Virus record (IMG/VR): IMGVR_UViG_3300036715_002161
Span: 1-64,000 of that record
Source of the DNA: a virus
DNA length: 64,000 nt
Direction: 5' to 3' (one strand)
Below, in pieces: positions 30,019-40,647 of the stretch (its first letter is position 1; each line of letters starts with the position of its first letter). The translations under genes and the position numbers were made by a program. The notes under the pieces were generated by a model that saw only the letters and a list, made by a program, of their open reading frames with translations, ran no database searches and was not told the DNA's origin.

Positions 30019-30455
30019 TTTCTCCAGTCTTGACCGTAGAAGAAGTCTCGGAATACATTAGAGACAAGGCGGAAAATAACCTCCTCATAGACGGAGTGGA
30101 GTTTTCTCCTACGGTTATTTCTGTGGCAATGGATCTTGCAGTTAGTGAATACAATCTTATCCCACCATTGAGCCTGGCCACAGTAAGTATTTTTCCAAGT
30201 AAGGCCTTACTTATGTCTGGGACACTTTATAAAATGTTCCTAGGTCAGGCGGCTCTTTTGGCTAGAAATACCATGAGCTATTCTGACGGTGGGATAAGTA
30301 TCCCTGTAGAAGAACGATTTCAACTATATGCTACTCTTGGCAACATGTACCAACAAGAGTTCCAGACAAGTGCTAGGGCTTTAAAAACCCACTTAAACCT
30401 GGAATCAGGTTGGGGTAATGTCTCAAGTGAATACGCCTATATACCTGTATGGTAA
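30015..30455 (+). CDS. Head-tail adaptor/neck protein
   Basis: EYIRDK..N.L.DG.EF and YSDGGIS; located between capsid and sheath. Confidence 0.6.
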   Translation: MISPVLTVEEVSEYIRDKAENNLLIDGVEFSPTVISVAMDLAVSEYNLIPPLSLATVSIFPSKALLMSGTLYKMFLGQAALLARNTMSYSDGGISIPVEERFQLYATLGNMYQQEFQTSARALKTHLNLESGWGNVSSEYAYIPVW

Positions 30456-30460
30456 ACTAA

Positions 30461-30940
30461 ATGTCAATACCACAAACACCAATAAGATACTATGTAGAAG
30501 GCGATCCTTATTATTGGTCTATTGATAATAGACCTCTGACAGATTTGGCCGCTAATCAAGCTACTGTAGCTTCTATGCTCAATCTATTTTTAAGCAGAGG
30601 GCTAGTTTCTATAACCTCTACTTCTGGTGCCGTCATTTCCGCCGGTCAAGTTTTGACGGGGAATATACTCAGGTCAGGTCCTTTGGCTGGCTTTTCGGAT
30701 ACAACTGATTCGGCCTTTAATATTTTGGCCATGATTCCCAATGTCTTTGTTGGATTGAATTTAGAATTAGTAGTGGCAAATACCTCAGGATTTACTCAGA
30801 CTTTGCTGGGCGGTTCCAGTGTAACCATCTCTGGGGTGGCCACCATTGCAAGTAATACCAGTAGAAAGTTTATCCTGACAGTTACTAACGTCCTTTCCCC
30901 GGCTCTTACCCTCAAAACCATTTCTTCTGGTGGAGTTTAA
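30461..30940 (+). CDS. Structural protein
   Basis: Ser/Thr/Gly beta-rich ORF in the neck cluster. Confidence 0.55.
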   Translation: MSIPQTPIRYYVEGDPYYWSIDNRPLTDLAANQATVASMLNLFLSRGLVSITSTSGAVISAGQVLTGNILRSGPLAGFSDTTDSAFNILAMIPNVFVGLNLELVVANTSGFTQTLLGGSSVTISGVATIASNTSRKFILTVTNVLSPALTLKTISSGGV

Positions 30941-31792
30941 ATGCTGGCCTTTAGCCCTAGGCCAGATTCTTTTTTAAAATTCCAGGAGATTGGGCTTGGT
31001 CTAAAAAGCCCTACGACGGCTGCAATAAAGGTCAAGATCAATATAGTTTTTTTAAAAGAGGCAGTAGTGGAGTGGGTCATACCAGCTACTTGGAACAACT
31101 GTACCTTTAATGTCTATTCAAGCCCTAATGAACAAGGACCTTTTGTAAAGATTAATACAAGTGCCTTGGTCGGCAATCATTTTGTGGACTCCACAATAAA
31201 GTCCGATTCTAAATACAGAACCAGCTTCTTTGTAGTAGAAGTGGAGTTTCCTACTGGGCAAAAGACAAAGTCGTTCCCGGTGACTTGGGAGAATAAACGT
31301 AGCAGTTGGGTAGAGCTAAGGGCCAAGGAGATCCAACGAAGAGAATCTCTTCTATTGTCTAAATTTACAGGGGTTGATTCCTATATATTTAAAAAGAGGA
31401 CTTTTGGTAAACGATGTAATGTCTGCTGGGATACTGAACTAGAAAAAGTTACTCAAGATCATTGCCAAACCTGTTTGGGCACTTCTTTTATAGGTGGTTA
31501 TTTCCCAGGATTTAAGACCAAGATACAATATGATCCAACCCCTAACCAATCTGTATTGGCCAGTCAGGGTAGTATAGAACAGAATACTATTCCCGCCTGG
31601 ACCGTAGGCTACCCTAAAATAGATACCTTCGATATAATATTTCGAATACCTGATTCTAGTATGTATAGGGTTAATGTTATACAGACTACGGAACTTCAAT
31701 CTGTACTGGTCCGCCAAATGTTACAGATAACCGAACTTGACAAAGAGAGTGTAGAGTTTAATCTAGTCTATAAGGCAATTCAAAATATATGA
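30941..31792 (+). CDS. Putative head-closure/neck protein (Fn3-like plus Zn ribbon)
   Basis: FNVYSS..GPF; RCNVCWD..CQTCLGT. Confidence 0.55.
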   Translation: MLAFSPRPDSFLKFQEIGLGLKSPTTAAIKVKINIVFLKEAVVEWVIPATWNNCTFNVYSSPNEQGPFVKINTSALVGNHFVDSTIKSDSKYRTSFFVVEVEFPTGQKTKSFPVTWENKRSSWVELRAKEIQRRESLLLSKFTGVDSYIFKKRTFGKRCNVCWDTELEKVTQDHCQTCLGTSFIGGYFPGFKTKIQYDPTPNQSVLASQGSIEQNTIPAWTVGYPKIDTFDIIFRIPDSSMYRVNVIQTTELQSVLVRQMLQITELDKESVEFNLVYKAIQNI

Positions 31793-32361
31793 TATTCTCT
31801 CCTGCCTACCTGTCGTCTCGCATCATTAGGCCTTTACGGTATATGTTTGAAAACTATGTAGACCCTGAGCTTAAATGGGATTCTGACGAAGTTAAAAGCA
31901 ATATCGAAATTGACACAATAAATAACTTCAATAAAAAAGTCATTCAGGCCAAGCCTCGTATACTGATTAGCCGAGGTAGCCATATAATTGACAAGACCGG
32001 TCTTTCTGACAATATGATGACTTCAAAAGGGCCCAGGTCTGAACTTGGTCTTACCAAGGAGACTAAACTAGTATTGATAAACGGTACTGTCCAGATATTA
32101 ATCCAGTCAAGATTCGAAGGTACCTGTGAAAAGATTACAGATTATACAGAACACTTTCTGGTTTGGGCGGCACAGTTTTTGTGTAATACTCAAGGATTTA
32201 AAACCTTTGGATTACCTCTTCAGGTAAGTCCTTGTACCCCAAACCGGGAGGATAATGAGATATTCGAAGTCTCCCTTGGTATACCTTGGAGCATGGAAGA
32301 AAGCTGGAGCATAAGTGACGATGCCATAGTTTTGAAAAACATTAACTTTAGTATAGACTAA
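31789..32361 (+). CDS. Putative tail terminator/completion protein
   Basis: Directly upstream of the sheath gene; KPRILISRG. Confidence 0.55.
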   Translation: MIFSPAYLSSRIIRPLRYMFENYVDPELKWDSDEVKSNIEIDTINNFNKKVIQAKPRILISRGSHIIDKTGLSDNMMTSKGPRSELGLTKETKLVLINGTVQILIQSRFEGTCEKITDYTEHFLVWAAQFLCNTQGFKTFGLPLQVSPCTPNREDNEIFEVSLGIPWSMEESWSISDDAIVLKNINFSID

Positions 32362-32396
32362 GAGTTAAAATAAAGTATTATTTAGGAATATAATAA

Positions 32397-35033
32397 ATGT
32401 CTTATATCAAGCCAAGCCCCCAGATTTATCAGGAGTTACAAAACTCCGGTGGTGTAGCCAATTCCACCCCTGATCTGGATACCTGTATTATTGGTCCGCT
32501 GTATAATAACCTGGCCTATGTCCCAGGTAGCTTGGCTAGCCAAATTGAAACGGCGGCCAAATCAACTGTCTATACCACTGGTTCTATGACGGCCAAGTCT
32601 GCCCTGTTGACCGTAACCGCCACTGGTAGTATTGCAGTCGGAGCAGTAGCCCTGGTCCCAGGAGCTGGTCTAGGGGCGGCCACCCTACAGGCAATAGTCC
32701 TAGGGATTGCAGGTAATGTAATTACTCTAGATACTGTAGCCAGTACCACTGTGACTGATGTACTTGTCTCTACTAAAGCTTCTATTACAAATCCACAGGC
32801 GTCCAATACTTTCTCTCTACCCAATCAAATCCCAGGTCAGATGGTAGATGCTTCCTCGATTAACTTGGTAGTAAGCAATGCTAAAGTTCAGACTATGCTC
32901 ACCGGTTTTCTAGGGCAATCAGGCTCTAGTCTATTATCTGTCCTAATTCCCAGTGGTATTACAGGAACCGGTACTGGCGGAACTAACTCTCTGACACTGA
33001 ATAGTGTATCGAGTGCTAATAAACTAGTTGTTGGTGATGTAATCTCTGTGGCAGGTACCACTTTTGCAGGTGGTGGGTCCTCAGCTATTATTACATCTAA
33101 AACTAGTACTGTATTGACCCTATCAGCTGCCCTGGTAGGCACAGTAAATACTGCCGCCGTCACAAAGACGATTCCGTCTAACTTGAACAGTGTGACCAAT
33201 ACCCTTAGAGCTGAACCAGGTGATACACTAAGCCTATCTTATGTAAATACTTCTGGCTCTTCAGTACTGTACAGTTCAGTTATTAGAAGTGTAGTTACCT
33301 CTACAGGTAACAGTGGCACTATGTCTACTATCAATGCATTTGATCAAATGCCTGCTGATATGAGTTTTGTAGGTGTAGGTACCATTTCACTAAGTACTCC
33401 TACGACACTGACCTTAGTATCTAATCCAGGTTTTGCCGCCGGGCAAAAAATAGTTGTATCTGGAGCTGGCACGAGTGGTTCTGACCTAGTTACTGATATT
33501 ACTGGTTTGTCAGGTCTGACCTTAACTCTTCTTGCCGGGGCAAGTACTGCCGTAGCAGGGGCCGCCGTTATTAGTAGTCCTACCGTCTCTTTGATGGTCT
33601 TAAAGTCATATCAGGATTTGGTCGTTCCAATTACACGTCCAATTTCAGGCGGAACCTCATATAACACTACTGCCACTGGAACTACCGGTAATGTAGTAAT
33701 TAATCCCAACCCAGAAGTTAATTTTGGACAGATTGCCTCAGGCGATGTTTACTTCGGCTACAGAGCTCTTCGTACCGACAAGACCAATCAGATCCTTACT
33801 ATAAATAACGCAAGTGATGCAGCAGGCCAACTTGGTGATCTTACAGATGCCAACCCTCTGGGTCTAGGATGTATAATGGCCTTGGCCAATACTACTGGCC
33901 GTATCAAGGCTATTGCAGTTGGAAGTGAAGATCTTTTTGGATATGAACAAGCTTTATTTACCAGTCAGGCAGAACGACTATATTGTATCGTACCATTGAC
34001 CCAAGACCCCTCTATTCTAGAGGCATGTAGTCTACATGCAATAGAACAGTCTACACCAGACAAAGCAGCCTGGAGAGTGGTAGTTGTTAATAAGGCTATT
34101 CCACAGAATTTAGATATTGGTGCCGCCTCTGCGACCAATCCTACTGTTGGGGCTTCTATAGCCCTGTCAGGTAGTAGCTATGTTCTTACCTCTACGGCCT
34201 CAACCTTTATAAGTGATGGTATCTCTGCCGGAGATACGGTCAAAGTGGTTGCAACCAGTCTAGGGGCTACAAACCTTTCTTATACTGTCCTATCTATTGT
34301 CAGTAATCAGCAATTGGTTATTTCAGCCACTTCCGGAGCTACAGCAGTACAGTTATACATTTCCCGCCCCTTGACCCGTAGCCAACAGGCCGCCGAGGTT
34401 GCTGCAAGTGCCCATAACTATAATTCTAACCGTACTTGGATGGTTGGTCCCGATGTAGCTGGTATTGAAGTAGATGGAGTGGTAAAGAATCTTCCAGGTT
34501 ATTATATTGCATGTGCCCATGCCGGTCTTGTTTCAGGTCTACCCGTTCAACAAGGTATGACCAACATCGGTGTTGCAGGTATTACCAATCTAGTCCATTC
34601 CAACTATTATTTTTCCAAGGACGACCTCAATACAATGGCCGCAGCCGGTGTATGTATGTATGTCCAAGATAGTCAGACGGGTACACCTTATATTAGACAT
34701 GCTCTTACCACGGATACTACAGTTCTAGAGTATCGTGAACAGCTTGTTGTAAAAAACTGGGACTTCCTGTCTTACTTTTATTATGATCTGGTTAAGTCCT
34801 TTATCGGAACCTGGAATACCACTACGGCAACCTTTGGTATTATTCGCCAAACCATTGATGCAGGCTCTGCCCTATTGAAGAGTAAGCCTCTTCCCAGAAT
34901 TGGTCCTCCCTTGATTGATGCAAAAATTAAAAGCATGGGACAAGATCCGGTTAACAAAGATACTGGTAATGTAGTTATGTCAGTCAGTGTAGTTTATCCA
35001 TTAAACTATCTGAATATTTATTTAGTTATTTAA
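32397..35033 (+). CDS. Contractile tail sheath protein with large beta-rich insertions
   Basis: MSYIKP start; C-terminal LYCIVPLT, PGYYIACAHAG, YIRHALTTD, VVYPLNYLNI. Confidence 0.85.
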   Translation: MSYIKPSPQIYQELQNSGGVANSTPDLDTCIIGPLYNNLAYVPGSLASQIETAAKSTVYTTGSMTAKSALLTVTATGSIAVGAVALVPGAGLGAATLQAIVLGIAGNVITLDTVASTTVTDVLVSTKASITNPQASNTFSLPNQIPGQMVDASSINLVVSNAKVQTMLTGFLGQSGSSLLSVLIPSGITGTGTGGTNSLTLNSVSSANKLVVGDVISVAGTTFAGGGSSAIITSKTSTVLTLSAALVGTVNTAAVTKTIPSNLNSVTNTLRAEPGDTLSLSYVNTSGSSVLYSSVIRSVVTSTGNSGTMSTINAFDQMPADMSFVGVGTISLSTPTTLTLVSNPGFAAGQKIVVSGAGTSGSDLVTDITGLSGLTLTLLAGASTAVAGAAVISSPTVSLMVLKSYQDLVVPITRPISGGTSYNTTATGTTGNVVINPNPEVNFGQIASGDVYFGYRALRTDKTNQILTINNASDAAGQLGDLTDANPLGLGCIMALANTTGRIKAIAVGSEDLFGYEQALFTSQAERLYCIVPLTQDPSILEACSLHAIEQSTPDKAAWRVVVVNKAIPQNLDIGAASATNPTVGASIALSGSSYVLTSTASTFISDGISAGDTVKVVATSLGATNLSYTVLSIVSNQQLVISATSGATAVQLYISRPLTRSQQAAEVAASAHNYNSNRTWMVGPDVAGIEVDGVVKNLPGYYIACAHAGLVSGLPVQQGMTNIGVAGITNLVHSNYYFSKDDLNTMAAAGVCMYVQDSQTGTPYIRHALTTDTTVLEYREQLVVKNWDFLSYFYYDLVKSFIGTWNTTTATFGIIRQTIDAGSALLKSKPLPRIGPPLIDAKIKSMGQDPVNKDTGNVVMSVSVVYPLNYLNIYLVI

Positions 35034-35045
35034 TAGGAAATTAAC

Positions 35046-35717
35046 ATGGCTGTAGAATCAGTAAATGATAGATTAGGCACTACCGTAGGTGCGGGCTTTG
35101 CTCCAGACTTTGACTGGAAAGGCAACTACGTATCCAGCCTTAATGATGATGGTCTTGAGCGATTTAGTCAATATTCGGCTTCACCAGATAGTACTCTGCT
35201 TTTGGCGGGGCCTGCCCGGTTTTCGGCAATTAGCTCACCCACGGTGTCCTTGACCCCAATCGGTCTAGTAGATGGTATTGGTATCCAACAGAATCCAAGC
35301 CTTAGTAGACTTTATGAGATTGGTTCTAACCGCAGTTTCTTCACTCGTGGTAAAACCGTCTCAAGTGTAAGCTTTAGTAAGATGTTGGCCGACCAGGCAA
35401 ACATCTTGGCCGCATGTACCCAAAATTCATATAAGCCTGTTACCGATTCTACTGGTACCAAAGCTCCGGGTAATAATACCAATCCAGAGATTCAAATGAA
35501 CTTGGACTCAGAAGTTTTTGGGGTTCCATTCGGCCTTCTATTAGTATTCAAGTCTAGGGGTGGTGATGACTCTGGTACAGGTAAAATCCTGACGGCTATC
35601 TACTTAGAAAATTGCATGTTTGCCAACTATAGTTTTAGTATAAGCTCAGGCCAACCTGTAATCATGGACTCTGTGGCAATGGAATATGATCGAACCGTTC
35701 CAGTCTCTCTGGTCTAA
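35046..35717 (+). CDS. Tail tube protein
   Basis: Follows the sheath; RLYEIGS, IYLENC, MEYDR. Confidence 0.75.
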   Translation: MAVESVNDRLGTTVGAGFAPDFDWKGNYVSSLNDDGLERFSQYSASPDSTLLLAGPARFSAISSPTVSLTPIGLVDGIGIQQNPSLSRLYEIGSNRSFFTRGKTVSSVSFSKMLADQANILAACTQNSYKPVTDSTGTKAPGNNTNPEIQMNLDSEVFGVPFGLLLVFKSRGGDDSGTGKILTAIYLENCMFANYSFSISSGQPVIMDSVAMEYDRTVPVSLV

Positions 35718-35727
35718 AAAGAAAAGT

Positions 35728-35757
35728 AAAAACCCGTAGCTTTTACGGGTTTTTTTT
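35728..35757 (+). terminator. Intrinsic terminator
   Basis: AAAAACCCGTA/TACGGG followed by T8. Confidence 0.85.
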
Positions 35758-35770
35758 CGGGGTAATTAAA

Positions 35771-36808
35771 TTGAGTATTTTAAATAGTTCTTTCAGATCT
35801 GATTCTGGCATGATGGAGGCCATAGTTACCTCTGTAGATCCCATTAAGTTCTTGTGTGACTGTAAAACCCTTAAAGGACAACGTCTACGAGGTGTTACCT
35901 GGCTACTTTCCAGCAGAACAGACAGCTTCACCCCAACTTCTGGAGACAGAGTGTTAATAACTACTGCTACCTCATATCCTTTAATACTAGGTCTAATTCC
36001 AGCCATAGGGCCTTCAGTTGATTTTTCTTCACAAATAGGTACCACAGGTCCCTCTACGGACCAAGGATCAGCTACAGGCCTTTCTAGTGGCTTTCAAAGC
36101 AATCCGTATAAACCAGCAGATTTTACTGCCGGAGATCATATCCAGACTAACTTGTCAGGAGGATTGGTAGGACTTCTGAGAGAGGGTACTGCTCTGGTAA
36201 GGGCAAGTCCCCTGGCCCAAATAATAGTCTCTAGGTGGGATGATCTGGTGAGAGTGGTTGGCCGCAACTATGATCTGATGTGTGATTTCAGTAGTGAGAC
36301 CATAGCCAATATATATGGCAGGCTATATAGATATTATGGATTTAACCGGGATTTAACCGGATCTAAGAATAGTCATTTTGAGTACACTGAAATCCATGGA
36401 GATGTAGCCGCAGGAGAACACTGTAAGGACGCACCTTTTGGAACACCTAAGCCAATACCCAGCCCAATTTCTATAGTAATTAAAAAAAGACTGATAGGTG
36501 CGGGTAGTGCTGGGGATGTAATGGTAGAAACCCTGGATGAATCTGGGGAAATGATAATTGTAATCGGTAACAGTACTCAGACGGCAAATGCCGGTACGAT
36601 AATAGACCGGGTCGGGACTTCGACTAGGACTACTGTAGCCAATCAAATACAGGACATTGTATCCAACTCTTCAGTAACCATCAATCCAAGTTCAATTTCA
36701 ATAAACTTCAATGATGTTTCCACGGCCATCTTTGATTCAACCGGGGTTAGAATAGAATCTCATAGTCATTATATGAGAGTGGATACTTCCGGAGTTCATT
36801 TTGGCTAA
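35771..36808 (+). CDS. Baseplate spike (gpV/Vgr OB-fold-like)
   Basis: EAIVTSVDP...PTSGDRVLI...PLILG; beta-strand-rich C-terminus. Confidence 0.6.
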   Translation: MSILNSSFRSDSGMMEAIVTSVDPIKFLCDCKTLKGQRLRGVTWLLSSRTDSFTPTSGDRVLITTATSYPLILGLIPAIGPSVDFSSQIGTTGPSTDQGSATGLSSGFQSNPYKPADFTAGDHIQTNLSGGLVGLLREGTALVRASPLAQIIVSRWDDLVRVVGRNYDLMCDFSSETIANIYGRLYRYYGFNRDLTGSKNSHFEYTEIHGDVAAGEHCKDAPFGTPKPIPSPISIVIKKRLIGAGSAGDVMVETLDESGEMIIVIGNSTQTANAGTIIDRVGTSTRTTVANQIQDIVSNSSVTINPSSISINFNDVSTAIFDSTGVRIESHSHYMRVDTSGVHFG

Positions 36809-36838
36809 AACTAGGCCTCCCAATAGGGAGGATAGTTT
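36807..36838. terminator. Terminator between convergent units
   Basis: AAACTA.CCTCCC/GGGAGG.TAGTTT. Confidence 0.6.
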
Positions 36839-37028
36839 AGGTTAATTAAAAGGTACTACAAACCTCTGTACTGCTTTATTGTAAAGATCCGGTACTTCCA
36901 CAAGATGGTATCCTTTCAGAGGTATAGGCCTCAGGGAAATGCTAGCCATAACATTTGAGAAATCCCTAAGACTTCTATCTACTATTCTTATACCAAAAAT
37001 CAGAGTCCTTATTTAAAACCTTGGTAAC

Positions 37029-37433
37029 TTATATTGAGCTGATCAGTTCCTCTGGAATTTCAACCTCATCACCAAGTTTGCTGGCAACGTAGCAGCGCAT
37101 GGCTGTTATGAGTGGGGTGGGCCCAAACTTAATCCAATTTCCTTCGTAGTTGTGTATGTGACATTCACATTGGCTTTCTAGTCTGTATGCTTCAAGCCAT
37201 GTATGCTGTGTAAGCCCTTTGATGCGATCAATAATAGGCCCGCCTTGTTCCCAGTCGGTTGAAGGATTGAAATACACACGACTTCCGCCGTGATCTGGGT
37301 CGCCCCCAACACAGATAAGAAGCCACTTGCCCTCAATCAATTTGACATTACCAATTGGGTACATGGCATCTTCACACTTCGCCACCGCCCAATCCAGGGC
37401 TAGTCCGGTTAGTTCTTCTGTTTTCATTTTCAT
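37029..37433 (-). CDS. NinX/DUF2591-like protein, paralog 1
   Basis: LTGLALDWAVAK..PSTDWEQGGPII..GPTPLI.AMRCYVASKLGDEVEIP. Confidence 0.75.
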   Translation of the reverse strand: MKMKTEELTGLALDWAVAKCEDAMYPIGNVKLIEGKWLLICVGGDPDHGGSRVYFNPSTDWEQGGPIIDRIKGLTQHTWLEAYRLESQCECHIHNYEGNWIKFGPTPLITAMRCYVASKLGDEVEIPEELISSI

Positions 37434-38020
37434 TTCAGCTCCTCCGGCATTTCAACTTCTTCACCAAGCCTGCTGGCAACATAGTATCGTAGGGCAGCAA
37501 TGAGTAGGGTTTCCCCATAGCTTATCCTTCCATATAAATAACCTCGGGCTTGCCACTTCCCTGCAATCCAGTTCGCCCCTATCTTCTCACGCTCAATAAT
37601 AGGCCCGCCTTGTTCCCAATAAGTGGATGGATTCCATGGCATCCACAAGTCCCAGTGATCTGGTAACTCGTTACCGTCTTCAGTTTGTCCCCTTACTTCC
37701 ATACTTCCACCTATGCTGAATCTAACCTTGCGATTATCACACTTTGCCACAGCCCAATTTAGAGCAGTGCCTGTTAGTTCTGCTATTTTGATTTTCATTT
37801 CAATCCCCCTTATCCCGTCTAGGTCCTCAACCCATATACTAGTATGGTTATTGGCCCATACATTCCCAATGCAGAGCAGCTTCCCACTCTCTGTCCTGGG
37901 GCAACAATCCATGCTTTTGTTTTCCCATATGTAGCAGCCTAAGCACTTGCCCTTGATGGGAGTAGGCATTGTCTTGAGACTCACCTCCCTGACTATAGTA
38001 ACGTTCGTTTTGATTTTCAT
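37430..38020 (-). CDS. Cys-rich module fused to NinX/DUF2591-like paralog 2
   Basis: N-terminus resembles 39077..39526; internal MKIKIAELTG at 37798. Confidence 0.7.
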   Translation of the reverse strand: MKIKTNVTIVREVSLKTMPTPIKGKCLGCYIWENKSMDCCPRTESGKLLCIGNVWANNHTSIWVEDLDGIRGIEMKIKIAELTGTALNWAVAKCDNRKVRFSIGGSMEVRGQTEDGNELPDHWDLWMPWNPSTYWEQGGPIIEREKIGANWIAGKWQARGYLYGRISYGETLLIAALRYYVASRLGEEVEMPEELK

Positions 38021-38505
38021 TTCAGTTCCTCAGGTATTTCAACTTCTTCACCAAGTGTGTTGGCAACATAACATCGTAGGGCAGCAATGAGTGGAGTTGG
38101 GCCGACATATGTGTCACTTTTGTAAAGTATTATAGATTTGTCTTCGTGCCAGGTAGTGTAGCTCCAATCCCAGGATTGCGATTCTATTGTTGCTACCCAG
38201 TAGTTGCACGGCTTACCTAAATCACGGGAACACTGAAAGATACCAATACCCTCACGCTCAATAATAGGCCACATATCAGCGCCCGTGTACTCAACGGGAT
38301 TACCGAATAGACCTACAGGCTTGCCGTTCAGCAAGAAACGATGCTCCCCTACCTTGTTCTTGTAGGTAGTGTTTGGATTGATGTCATCCCAGTTCCACAC
38401 CTGGGGCACTCTTTCGTTCATTACAACGGCTACTTGCATACCTTCTGCTTTGGCCATCAGCCAGTCGAGCTGCAACTTGGTTGCGTCTGCTACTTTTATT
38501 TTCAT
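38017..38505 (-). CDS. NinX/DUF2591-like paralog 3
   Basis: QLDWLMAK...PIIERE...GPTPLIAALRCYVA..LGEEVEIP. Confidence 0.7.
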   Translation of the reverse strand: MKIKVADATKLQLDWLMAKAEGMQVAVVMNERVPQVWNWDDINPNTTYKNKVGEHRFLLNGKPVGLFGNPVEYTGADMWPIIEREGIGIFQCSRDLGKPCNYWVATIESQSWDWSYTTWHEDKSIILYKSDTYVGPTPLIAALRCYVANTLGEEVEIPEELK

Positions 38506-38559
38506 AGGTAACCCTCCAGAGCCTAGTCTATTTCAACTTCTTGTGCATAGAGTCCGACC

Positions 38560-38844
38560 TCATGTTTTCAACTCCAGATTATGAAGTAAAGTTTCAACTG
38601 CGCACAGCGTCTCCCATGTCGGCGCTTTAGACGTCCCCACTTCCCCGCCGATGCATTCATTCGCCAGCTTGCTTAAGGCCGCCAGCATATCCGGTGCCGC
38701 CGCGATTAAGTGGGCATTTGCTTTTTCGGTTGCTAGAGGAAGCTCCATGTTGTCACATTGACAGATAATACCAATCCCATCCCGTGCGTAAACACGGTGA
38801 GGGTTGGTGCCTTTGACGACCCAGGGGCCTGGTGTATGTCTCAT
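38560..38844 (-). CDS. Conserved phage protein (HTPGPW...ANAHLIAAAPD type)
   Basis: Recognisable motifs; ATGA coupling; GGAG RBS. Confidence 0.7.
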   Translation of the reverse strand: MRHTPGPWVVKGTNPHRVYARDGIGIICQCDNMELPLATEKANAHLIAAAPDMLAALSKLANECIGGEVGTSKAPTWETLCAVETLLHNLELKT

Positions 38845-39080
38845 GTTTTCACTCCATCTAAGATATTCGTTGCATCCCCGGCGGTGATGATGCCCATTAA
38901 ACGCAGTGCAATTACGTTTGGCACTGTTGCCGCAATCCATACGTCATACATACCCGAGGTCCAGTTAGGGTGCTTGCTCTTTTTTATCAGGTCGGGAAGT
39001 TGGGCGATGCCTTTGTCGTTGGCGGCAAAGTGAATGTCCACGCCACGCCGAAAGCCCACGCAGAAAATATCAGGGTTCAT
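38841..39080 (-). CDS. Hypothetical protein
   Basis: ATGA-coupled at both ends; GAGGAG RBS. Confidence 0.6.
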   Translation of the reverse strand: MNPDIFCVGFRRGVDIHFAANDKGIAQLPDLIKKSKHPNWTSGMYDVWIAATVPNVIALRLMGIITAGDATNILDGVKT

Positions 39081-39526
39081 TTCGACTCCTCAATGAGCCC
39101 GCGCCACGGGGCGTGCTTGTACTTTGTGCTCTGATCATGGTGCTTGCACCCGAACTCGTATATCGCATTCTGCTTGCCACAGCCCCAGATGTACCAGACC
39201 TCACCGTCGAAGTAGTGATAGTTATTATCATCATCTTGGACATCGAATAGAGTGTCAGGTATTACTGAGAACTGGCGCTGATACAGGCCTGGTTCTTGGG
39301 GCAGGGTGTATCCGTCCTGCCAACTACTGACCACATAGACTGGCGTGGCCTCAACCCAAACAATATCTTCCTCTTCCTCTTGGCAGATCAAGTGTCCGTC
39401 CTTCCCCCCGGAGCAGTCCTTGGTGTTGTAGTTCTCAAACAGGTAACAGCCGAAGCATAGGCCCTTCCTGGGGGCTGGCATTTTCTTGAGACTCACACCT
39501 TTGATCGTAATAGTTTTGGTTTTCAT
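39077..39526 (-). CDS. Hypothetical protein
   Basis: ATGA-coupled; N-terminal Cys module shared with 37430..38020. Confidence 0.6.
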   Translation of the reverse strand: MKTKTITIKGVSLKKMPAPRKGLCFGCYLFENYNTKDCSGGKDGHLICQEEEEDIVWVEATPVYVVSSWQDGYTLPQEPGLYQRQFSVIPDTLFDVQDDDNNYHYFDGEVWYIWGCGKQNAIYEFGCKHHDQSTKYKHAPWRGLIEESK

Positions 39527-39894
39527 TTCAGATCCTCTGGAATTTCCACTTCGTCACCCAGCTTGCTGGCAACGTAACAGCGCATGGCTGCGATTATAGG
39601 CGTGGGGCCATAACTCCACAGTGCTTTTCTATCTCTATACGTACGTGCTCCCCATCCGGCTGTACCGTTAGGATCTCTTATGATGTCTATGCTTTCCCGC
39701 TCAATAATCGGCCCGACTTCTTCCCAACCCAGGAACGGCGTGTAGCAGGCTGGAGATGGTAGCTCAGGTACAACAATCTGATCACTTGCATAGTGTATCC
39801 CTATTGTTTCTCCCCACACCAAGTGTGGCATCTCTATCATGCAGACGGAATAGCAAAGGGCCTTTCCCGATAGTTCTGCTGTTTTGATTTTCAT
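39523..39894 (-). CDS. NinX/DUF2591-like paralog 4
   Basis: MKIKTAELSGKAL...GPIIERE...GPTPIIAAMRCYVASKLGDEVEIP. Confidence 0.75.
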   Translation of the reverse strand: MKIKTAELSGKALCYSVCMIEMPHLVWGETIGIHYASDQIVVPELPSPACYTPFLGWEEVGPIIERESIDIIRDPNGTAGWGARTYRDRKALWSYGPTPIIAAMRCYVASKLGDEVEIPEDLK

Positions 39895-40002
39895 TCTAAG
39901 TCCTTGAAGCAAAGTGTAGCGTAGTGGGTTCAGCCTCTCCAGCATGTTTTGATATCAAATTAGTGGGGTACTTTTCATCTTCAGTTCTCCTATGGTCAGT
40001 CT

Positions 40003-40605
40003 TTAGGACCTTTCCATATCTCTTGCAGTCTCTTGCCATGGCGCTCGGCCTTCACACATTTTGATGAACATCGCTTTTTGAGCTTCTTCCTCAGTATCCC
40101 TATCAGAAGCCCATAGAGTAGCCTGCTCTGCTGCTTGTGGAGCATACTTCGAAGTAACCCAGACAGCAGCGCGAGAAGCATCCCATTCATCGGCGTTCTG
40201 TGCAGCGCGAGCTGCATCCCTAGCAGCAACCCACGCATCAGTTAAGTCCATATCTGTAGCCCTTCCATTGGCGTATAACGTTGCTATGTCCAGAGCTATT
40301 AAGCTATGTGGACTAGTCATCAAGTGTTGTACCCTTCTAGCACACCAAACAGCAAATAGACGTGCGTCTCTTTCTATACCTGGGATACAGCGGAGCGCCC
40401 ATAATGCGTTATCTAGACAGTTACTATGTACTATTGAAGACAGTAGTATATCTCCCTTATGTGCGTAACGTATATAGGATTTTCTAATGGAATCTTTGCA
40501 GGTGAAGGGGAGTCCCTGAAGGCTTCTAACTACCTTGTTATAACTTTCAAAATAGGCTCCTTTTTTACGTAGATCGGAAAGGGTTACTGTAATAGGATAG
40601 TTCAT
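40003..40605 (-). CDS. Ala-rich helical phage protein, paralog of 43814..44395
   Basis: ALWAL..RLFAVWCARRVQHLMT..AA repeats..MCEGRAPWQ. Confidence 0.7.
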   Translation of the reverse strand: MNYPITVTLSDLRKKGAYFESYNKVVRSLQGLPFTCKDSIRKSYIRYAHKGDILLSSIVHSNCLDNALWALRCIPGIERDARLFAVWCARRVQHLMTSPHSLIALDIATLYANGRATDMDLTDAWVAARDAARAAQNADEWDASRAAVWVTSKYAPQAAEQATLWASDRDTEEEAQKAMFIKMCEGRAPWQETARDMERS

Positions 40606-40624
40606 TTTAGTTCCTCTGCTATCG

Positions 40625-40645
40625 CTGGTTATCTCTACGTTAGAC
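40625..40645 (+). mobile_element. attC-like right half-site
   Basis: GGTTATCTCTAC-GTTAGAC resembles the L'-R' arm of the site at 51360. Confidence 0.5.
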
Positions 40646-40647
40646 TC